From Fibrobacterota bacterium (GTDB lineage Bacteria; Fibrobacterota; Fibrobacteria; UBA5070): a DNA stretch of 19,830 nt. Within the stretch, counting starts at the first letter, position 1. Each line of letters starts with the position of its first letter. Shown piece after piece: positions 8,257-13,923 of the stretch. The notes beneath the pieces are model-generated. The model was not told the DNA's origin and did no database searches. It worked only from the letters and a program-made list of their open reading frames with translations. Both the position numbers and the translations under genes were made by a program. The stretch spans positions 1 through 19,830 of the forward strand of contig JBDKGV010000034.1 of NCBI GenBank assembly GCA_039798005.1, written 5' to 3'.

Positions 8257-8364
8257 GTGTCAGACAGTCGTCCCTGACGGTCGAAACAAAAGCCTGTTTT
8301 GTCTTCCATTTGCATTCGGCGCGGAGATTGCTTTCTGGTAAGTCCTACGACAAGGAGGAGTACC

Positions 8365-8745
8365 ATGCAGAGTCCACCACGCCTGGAAGCCGCCGCCGAT
8401 CTGCGTTTGGTCGGAGGCTTGGAGACTTTTTTGGGTCGCAAGGATGCGGTCCTGTTGGCTCAGGTCAGGCTGACCCATTCCCTCCAATGCGCAGCCAGCA
8501 TCGCCGGAGTCGGGTATCGTCAGGCATTGGATCATGTGCGTGCCATCAACACATGGGCTGGCCGTCCGCTGGTGGAATCCCATCAAGGCGGGGCGGGCGG
8601 TGGCAGCACTTCGCTTACTCCGTTGGGAGAACGGATCCTTGACATCTACACCCAGGCCTCGGTGGAGCACCAGAAATGGCTGGTGGAGCTCAACCAGCGG
8701 TTGAAGCCGGAGCTTGCCTGGACGCTCAAGGAGACGCCCCAGTGA
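8365..8745 (+). CDS. ModE N-terminal-domain-like winged-helix transcriptional regulator (COG2005 type; no TOBE/Mop domains)
   Basis: LLAQVRLTHSLQCAASIAGVGYRQALDHVRAINTWAGRPLVESHQGGAGGGSTSLTPLGERILDIY aligns with the E. coli ModE N-terminus (LLKHIALSGSISQGAKDAGISYKSAWDAINEMNQLSEHILVERATGGKGGGGAVLTRYGQRLIQLY). A strong RBS AAGGAGGAG sits about 5 nt upstream of ATG 8365. The TTG at 8299 in the ORF track is an unlikely extension. Hand-counted coordinates here may be off by 1 nt, so track coordinates are used. Confidence 0.75.
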   Translation: MQSPPRLEAAADLRLVGGLETFLGRKDAVLLAQVRLTHSLQCAASIAGVGYRQALDHVRAINTWAGRPLVESHQGGAGGGSTSLTPLGERILDIYTQASVEHQKWLVELNQRLKPELAWTLKETPQ

Positions 8746-9827
8746 TCCTGGACACCACTTTGCGCGAAGGCTTGCAGCGGGTCGGGGTCTACCTCGATCT
8801 GGCCGGTCGCATCGAGGTTGCGCGGGCCTTGCTTCAGGCGGGAATCCCTGAGCTGGAGATCGGCGTGGTCGGGCGCGATGGGACGGTGCCCGCATTGCTG
8901 GAGGCCTTGCGCCACGAGTTCCCGCAGGCGCGTCTATGGGTATGGGCGCGGATGCGCCGCGAGGATGTCGAGGCGGCCGCGAGGATGGGGGCGACCCATG
9001 TGGCCTTGTGCGCTCCGACCTCGGAGAAGCACCTGGATGTGCGGATGGGAATGACCGCATCGGAACTCCCTGATCTGGTCACCAACGTGGTGAGCCATGC
9101 CCGTGCCTTGGGGTTGGAAGTTTCCATGGGCATGGAGGACGCCTCGCGGGCGACGCGGGAAGACCTGTGGCTGGCGGCCCAAGCGGCGCGTCGGGCCGGA
9201 GCGCGGCGGGTGCGCCTTGCCGACACCGTGGGGGTGCTTGCCCCGAACGAAGTGGCCGAGCTGGTGCTGTTCCTGCGCCAGACCGGACTGGAAGTCGGGT
9301 TCCACGGGCATGACGATTTCGGCATGGCCACCGCGAACGCCTTGGCGGCCTTGGACGCCGGTGCCGTCGCCGTGGACACGACGCTGTTGGGTGCGGGGGA
9401 ACGGGCGGGCATTGCGGCCACCGAGCGGCTGGGAGCCTATCTGTCGGTGCGACGGGGCGCGGCCTTCGATCTGCGCGCGCTCAGCCATGCGGCCCATGAG
9501 TTTGCGGATGCGGCCAAGGTCGCCATTCCGCCCCATGCCCCGGTGGTCGGTTCGCGCATCTTCGCCTGCGAGACCGGGCTGCACGTGGCCGCGCTTTCCA
9601 AGGTCCCGGATCTTTACGAGCCGTTTTCGCCCGAGGCGGTCGGGGCGGAGCGCGACCTGCGCGTGGGCGCCAAGAGCGGCATCGCCGCAATAGGACAGAT
9701 CTTGTCAAATCTTGGATCGGACCGGCCCGTGACGGAGGACCTGGTGCGCCAGGTGCGCAGCACCTCCGAACTCTTGGGACGCCCCTTGGAGCGGGGCGAG
9801 TTGATGACGCTTGTGCAGGTGGCCTAG
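8742..9827 (+). CDS. NifV/LeuA-like DRE-TIM metallolyase (homocitrate / 2-isopropylmalate / citramalate synthase family, catalytic domain only, ~361 aa) with an atypical substrate-binding motif
   Basis: DTTLREGLQ replaces the canonical DTTLRDGEQ. The HxH metal motif FHGHDDFGMATANALAAL and ADTVGVLAPNEV are present. There is no LeuA-type C-terminal regulatory domain. The in-frame GTG at 8742 forms a GTGA overlap with the upstream stop, and AAGGAG lies 8 nt upstream. The alternative ATG at 8676 would overlap the upstream gene by 70 nt. Confidence 0.75.
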   Translation: MILDTTLREGLQRVGVYLDLAGRIEVARALLQAGIPELEIGVVGRDGTVPALLEALRHEFPQARLWVWARMRREDVEAAARMGATHVALCAPTSEKHLDVRMGMTASELPDLVTNVVSHARALGLEVSMGMEDASRATREDLWLAAQAARRAGARRVRLADTVGVLAPNEVAELVLFLRQTGLEVGFHGHDDFGMATANALAALDAGAVAVDTTLLGAGERAGIAATERLGAYLSVRRGAAFDLRALSHAAHEFADAAKVAIPPHAPVVGSRIFACETGLHVAALSKVPDLYEPFSPEAVGAERDLRVGAKSGIAAIGQILSNLGSDRPVTEDLVRQVRSTSELLGRPLERGELMTLVQVA

Positions 9828-11032
9828 AACACCACGGCTTGGGCGCCGTGCTCGGCGCCTCGGGTCCAGCGCACCCAGCGCAGACCGTGCCCACGGGCGT
9901 CCAAGGTCAGCCGTCCCGTCCCGGTGACTTTTGACAGAATTTGTCCACTGGCATCGACAAGTTCCATGCGGCCGAATGAGGCGCCTGCCTCCAGTGTGGC
10001 GCGGGTGCCGGAAATGTGCAGGGGGCTTGGACGGTGCGGGGTGGTCGAGACGCCGACGGCGGGTGGATTGCGCAGGAGGGAATCGAGGTCCTTGAGGGCG
10101 ATGCGGGCGCGCAGGACAATGCTGTCGATTCCGTACTGGTTGGTATTGATCTTCAGTAAAGTATCCAATTGGAGCGAATCTTCCACGAGGACATAAGACC
10201 CGCCTTTTCCTGTCAAGAGGCGTCTTGTTCCTGCGCTGGCAGATTTCGGATCACAAGTCGACAAATAGCTTGGTGCTGTGAGAAACGACTCTCCCACAAC
10301 CTTCAGGCTGGAGTTTTCGTCGATTCCGTTCCTTATTTTCCAGTACCATGGATACCTCGCCAAGAACACGAATGTGTCGCCTTTGCTCCCTTTGAAGCCC
10401 TTTTCCGCGCGATGCCACTGCCCCTGTCCTACAAGGCTGTCCAGTCGATTCCACGGCGATTCCCAATACCAGTCCTTCATGTTGCGATCTGGAAATGGGT
10501 TGGCACCCCAAACTCCGATCGTTCTAGCCGTAACCTCTTCCGCGCGGAATACGGCCCAATCCTCTACGGAGTTCATGTGCTTTTGAAGGGATGCCAATGC
10601 GGAGCCGATGTCCCAATTTCCTTCGGCATGAGTATGCTCCATCCGAGGAAAGCAGTCTCCCATGCCGTTGTAAAAGAGATCGGAGAATACGACGGAGTTC
10701 CTGGGCTGAAGGCAATCTGCTTCAGATGCTGCAAGGCAGATCACGGCAGGCTTCGAGTTTGGAAGAATGTGTCGCAGGTACCAGATGGAATCGCTTCGCC
10801 CAGTGGTCGAAACGACATGAACGAAAATGCGGACGGAATCGGTTCCAATTTTCGTGGAATCCACTACAAGGTCAGAATCTCCCGGCATTTGAACTTCCAC
10901 CAAGGAACGCACATGCCGGTCGTAGTCCGGTATGTTGTAGCGGGGCGTATTGAGACGGATTTGCCTCACATACTCCAATGCATTCGCTTGTGATAGGAAT
11001 GTCAGAAGTAGAACAAGCAGGGCGCGAGACAT
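9824..11032 (-). CDS. Secreted hypothetical protein (402 aa) with a signal peptide and a C-terminal T9SS-like sorting domain
   Basis: The start at the internal ATG (11032) has a perfect AGGAGG 7 nt upstream and gives a signal peptide MSRALLVLLLTFLSQANA. The 82-codon extension to 11278 overlaps the Mur ligase gene and is rejected. The C-terminal approx 60 aa (ELVDASGQILSKVTGTGRLTLDARGHG...AVVF) is paralogous to the C-terminus of the glycoside hydrolase at 13924..16851. A metallophosphoesterase-like HxH/GNWD pattern is too weak to call. Confidence 0.7.
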   Translation of the reverse strand: MSRALLVLLLTFLSQANALEYVRQIRLNTPRYNIPDYDRHVRSLVEVQMPGDSDLVVDSTKIGTDSVRIFVHVVSTTGRSDSIWYLRHILPNSKPAVICLAASEADCLQPRNSVVFSDLFYNGMGDCFPRMEHTHAEGNWDIGSALASLQKHMNSVEDWAVFRAEEVTARTIGVWGANPFPDRNMKDWYWESPWNRLDSLVGQGQWHRAEKGFKGSKGDTFVFLARYPWYWKIRNGIDENSSLKVVGESFLTAPSYLSTCDPKSASAGTRRLLTGKGGSYVLVEDSLQLDTLLKINTNQYGIDSIVLRARIALKDLDSLLRNPPAVGVSTTPHRPSPLHISGTRATLEAGASFGRMELVDASGQILSKVTGTGRLTLDARGHGLRWVRWTRGAEHGAQAVVF

Positions 11033-11120
11033 GGGATAACCTCCTATGGAAGAAGGTATCTCTTCGGGTACGAACAGGTGTTCTACCGATGATGCCCAGA
11101 TGTTTTTCGTAACGGCTGTA

Positions 11121-12452
11121 TCAGTGCCCCAATGCCCCCACGATGGCCTTGGCAAGTTCGGGCAGCGACGGGTCGCGCGCGCCCATCGAGGCCACCACGT
11201 CTCCGTTCTTGGCAAGCGAAGCGGCCAGTGCGGGAGCTTCCTCGCGGGTCGGCAACTTGATTTGACAAATTTCGCCAATCCGCTCGGCGAGGTCGGCGCT
11301 TGAGATCGAACGGTCGGCCGTGCCGCCCACGTCGTAGACCGGCAGCAGCAGCAGGGCGTCCTGCGGTTGCATCACGGCGCGGAAGGCGGCGGCGAAGTCG
11401 TCCAGCAGGAAACGCAAGGGGCCGTAGCCATGCGGCTGGAACAGGACCACGAGGCGTTCCGAAGGGGCGGCGGACCGGAAGGCCTGCACGGCGGCTTCCA
11501 CCTTCGCGGGATTGTGCGCGAAGTCGTCGAAGACGGTCACGCCGCGCACGGCGCCGGCCTTCTCGTGGCGGCGATGCACGCCGGCAAAGTGGCTCAGGGC
11601 CTTGGCCGAGACGGCAAGCGGCACGCCCGCGGCGCGCGCCGTGATGGCGGCTGCCAGCGCATTTTCCACGGTGTGGTGGCCGGGGAAGGGCACGTAGAAC
11701 TCGACGCCCTCGAAGGTGAACTCGACATGGTCGCCGCGCAGGCCGATGTTCTGGGCGTCTCCGAACAGAAGCGCATCGGGGCCTCCCAGGTCGCGGCAGT
11801 CGTCGCGGTGGGCGTGGGTCACGAAGGCGCCGTGCACCTGCGCACGGAAGGTGCGGAAGATCTCGGTGAGCTCCGAGGTTTCCTTGTGGTCGCGGTCGAG
11901 GTTCAGGAGCAGCCCGATCTCGGGATGGTAGCGCACAAGGGTCCCGTCCGATTCGTCGGCCTCGAAGACGACCCATTCCCCTTTGCCGCCATAGGCATTG
12001 CCCCACAACCCGTCGCGCCGCAACTGCAGGAGCGGAGCTCCCGAGACCACGGACGGATCCATTCCCGCCTCGTGCAGGCAGGCGTAGATCATGGCGGTGA
12101 CGGTGGACTTGCCGCTGGTCCCGGAGACGGCGATGCCGCGTCCGGTCTGGCAGGCTTCCTCGAGGATCTCGCTGCGATGGAGCACGGGGCATTCCAATTC
12201 GCGGGCGCGCTTCACCTCGGGCACTGTCTCCTCGATGGCCGTCGAGACCACCAGACGACAATTCTTGTCAATCCCGCTTCCGTCCTGCGGGAAGATCTTC
12301 ACGCCCGCCGCTTCCAAGGCGGCACGGACCTCCGCACCTCCGCCGTTGTCAAACAATCGGTCCGAGCCCGAGACGTCCTGCCCACGACCGGCAAGGTACA
12401 GGGCCAGCGCGCTCATGCCGGTGCCGCCGACGCCGGCGAAGTGCGATCTCAT
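11121..12452 (-). CDS. Mur ligase family protein, MurC/Mpl-like (UDP-N-acetylmuramate--L-alanine ligase or murein-tripeptide ligase)
   Basis: N-terminal Rossmann motif [28 protein letters not shown] (MurC HFVGIGGAGMGGIA...SGSD). P-loop GTSGKST. Also [16 protein letters not shown] and [20 protein letters not shown] (MurC FQPHRFTRTRDLYDDFA). The ATG overlaps the hisF stop (ATGA). The gene is not in a dcw-cluster context, so MurC versus Mpl cannot be decided. Confidence 0.85.
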   Translation of the reverse strand: MRSHFAGVGGTGMSALALYLAGRGQDVSGSDRLFDNGGGAEVRAALEAAGVKIFPQDGSGIDKNCRLVVSTAIEETVPEVKRARELECPVLHRSEILEEACQTGRGIAVSGTSGKSTVTAMIYACLHEAGMDPSVVSGAPLLQLRRDGLWGNAYGGKGEWVVFEADESDGTLVRYHPEIGLLLNLDRDHKETSELTEIFRTFRAQVHGAFVTHAHRDDCRDLGGPDALLFGDAQNIGLRGDHVEFTFEGVEFYVPFPGHHTVENALAAAITARAAGVPLAVSAKALSHFAGVHRRHEKAGAVRGVTVFDDFAHNPAKVEAAVQAFRSAAPSERLVVLFQPHGYGPLRFLLDDFAAAFRAVMQPQDALLLLPVYDVGGTADRSISSADLAERIGEICQIKLPTREEAPALAASLAKNGDVVASMGARDPSLPELAKAIVGALGH

Positions 12453-13225
12453 AAACGGACCGGGAGCCCGGCCTTGCGGACGGCTTCCTTCAGTTGCGTC
12501 ACGGTGTAGCCGTCGATGTGCGTGAGGCTTGCCACCAGCGCGGCATCGGCGCCCACATCAGGCCTCATCACCTGTGCGAGGTGCTCCGGCGTGCCAGCGC
12601 CGCCGGATGCGATCACGGGAATGCCCACGGCCTGCACCACCATGCGGGTGATGTCCAGTTCGTATCCGGCCTTGGTTCCGTCGCCGTCGATGGAGTTGAG
12701 GCAGATCTCGCCCGCGCCCAGTTCCTCGGCGCGCTTGGCCCAGGCCACCGCGTCGATGCCGGTGCGCTCGCGCCCGCCCTTGACCACGACTTCGTAGCCC
12801 GACGGGACGGATTCTGTCACGGGCACCTTGAGCGCGTCCATGCCCAGCACGATGCACTGGTTTCCAAAAGCCTTGGCGCCCTGCGCGATGATCTCGGGGT
12901 TCTTGACCGCAAGCGAGTTGACCGACACCTTCTCGGCACCGGCAAGCAGCACGGCGCGCATGTCCTCCAAGCCGCGGATGCCGCCACCCACGGCAAACGG
13001 GATGAACACGTTCTTGGCCACGCCGCGCACCATCTCGAGGTCGATGCCGCGTCCTTCGGCTGATGCGGTGATGTCGTAGAACACCAGTTCGTCCACGCCC
13101 TGACGGTAGTACTCGGCGCCCATCGCCACCGGGTCTCCGAGGTCGCGGTTGCCCTCGAACTTGACGCCCTTGGTGACTTGTCCATTGCGGACATCGAGAC
13201 AGACGATGATGCGTTTAGCGAGCAT
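12449..13225 (-). CDS. hisF: Imidazole glycerol phosphate synthase cyclase subunit HisF (or a HisF paralog)
   Basis: Full-length (beta/alpha)8 HisF: [49 protein letters not shown] and [10 protein letters not shown]. No other his genes are adjacent. Confidence 0.85.
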   Translation of the reverse strand: MLAKRIIVCLDVRNGQVTKGVKFEGNRDLGDPVAMGAEYYRQGVDELVFYDITASAEGRGIDLEMVRGVAKNVFIPFAVGGGIRGLEDMRAVLLAGAEKVSVNSLAVKNPEIIAQGAKAFGNQCIVLGMDALKVPVTESVPSGYEVVVKGGRERTGIDAVAWAKRAEELGAGEICLNSIDGDGTKAGYELDITRMVVQAVGIPVIASGGAGTPEHLAQVMRPDVGADAALVASLTHIDGYTVTQLKEAVRKAGLPVRL

Positions 13226-13406
13226 GACCGGAAAGGTACCTCAAAGCACGGAAGAATGGGCGCCTCCCGCCCTCACCGCGCCGGCCTTCGTTTCTCACGC
13301 GACGGCGGGTTCTCCCGGGCCGGGCTGCCTGCCAAGCCTCCGCAGCGGGGCTGCTGCGGGGGTCTTGGGCGAAGCCGGCATCCCTGGCGCGAACCGGCGT
13401 GCCGTC

Positions 13407-13829
13407 CTATCCCGCCGCGACCTCGGCCGCCAAGCGATCGAGGTTCTGTTCGTTGGCGGTCATCAGGAAGGATTCCATGGCCTTGGCAAAGGCTTCGTTC
13501 TCGAAGGTCGCCAGCCACTCCACGCGGGTGCCGGTGCCTTCCGGGTGCAGGCGGATGTCCAGCACGAAGCGCGGCTCGCACACGTGGTTGATCTGGATGC
13601 GGGCATTCTCCTCGATGGCACCGAAGAGGCTTTCGTTGGGGTAGTCCTTGCCATCGGGGCCGTGCATCGTGAAGATCCACTTGCCGCCGGGCGTGAATTC
13701 GAACACGTCGAAGGTGTTGGAAAAGCCTTCGGGCCCCCACCAGCGCGCAAGCCTTGCTGGATTGCTGTGCGCTGCGAAGACGGCGGCGGGTGTCGCCTCA
13801 AGGAACCGTTCGTTGCGAAAATTTGACAT
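13407..13829 (-). CDS. SRPBCC superfamily protein (AHSA1/Aha1-like activator-of-Hsp90-ATPase homolog domain)
   Basis: MSNFRNERFLEATPAAVFAAHSNPARLARWWGPEGF...TGTRVEW is the typical AHSA1/polyketide-cyclase-like pattern. The start is taken at ATG 13829 (MSNFR) rather than 13853. Confidence 0.65.
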   Translation of the reverse strand: MSNFRNERFLEATPAAVFAAHSNPARLARWWGPEGFSNTFDVFEFTPGGKWIFTMHGPDGKDYPNESLFGAIEENARIQINHVCEPRFVLDIRLHPEGTGTRVEWLATFENEAFAKAMESFLMTANEQNLDRLAAEVAAG

Positions 13830-13923
13830 TGGCTGGTGCTCCTTGGGTTTCAAGGAAACTACAAGCCCGGTTCGCAGGGGGCGCCTGCGACGGGGTTGGC
13901 ATCGCAGGTGCCCGTTCGATCTC

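Noticed and set aside
8240-8268. Sigma70 promoter with TTGACA as the -35 box, or a sigma54 promoter
   Set aside because: There is no acceptable -10 (TAnnnT) 16-19 nt downstream of TTGACA. There is no GG-N10-GC sigma54 pattern. The palindromic partner TGTCAA argues for an operator instead.
9693-9710. A third GQILS(N) peptide, in the NifV-like C-terminus, considered as evidence for a mobile peptide-encoding cassette
   Set aside because: The surrounding sequence shows no similarity to the CTDs beyond the hexapeptide. It is more simply an instance of the DNA motif TTGACA-N5-TGTC on the opposite strand that happens to fall in this frame.
9824-11032. Calcineurin-like metallophosphoesterase assignment for the secreted protein (MEHTHAEGNWDIG, GDCFPR)
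   Set aside because: The motif order and spacing do not match the DxH...GDxxDR...GNH[DE] architecture, so it is left as hypothetical.
11033-11278. N-terminal extension of the secreted-protein ORF, 82 extra codons starting MAKFVKSS...
   Set aside because: It would overlap the Mur ligase 3' end by 158 nt and lacks an RBS. The internal ATG at 11032 has a perfect AGGAGG and an immediate signal peptide.
11083-12509. ORFs 11083..12261 (-), 11367..12509 (+) and 11300..11644 (+) overlapping the Mur ligase gene
   Set aside because: These are alternative frames or the antisense strand of a gene with clear Mur ligase motifs. Their Arg-rich, low-complexity translations are the artefact expected at high GC.
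13226-13406. Possible his attenuator or terminator in the 181-nt spacer upstream of hisF (hairpin CCGCAGC-GGGGCT-GCTGCGG at 13340-13360)
   Set aside because: There is no U-tract and no leader peptide with His codons. It is only a GC-rich hairpin of unclear role, not annotated as a feature.
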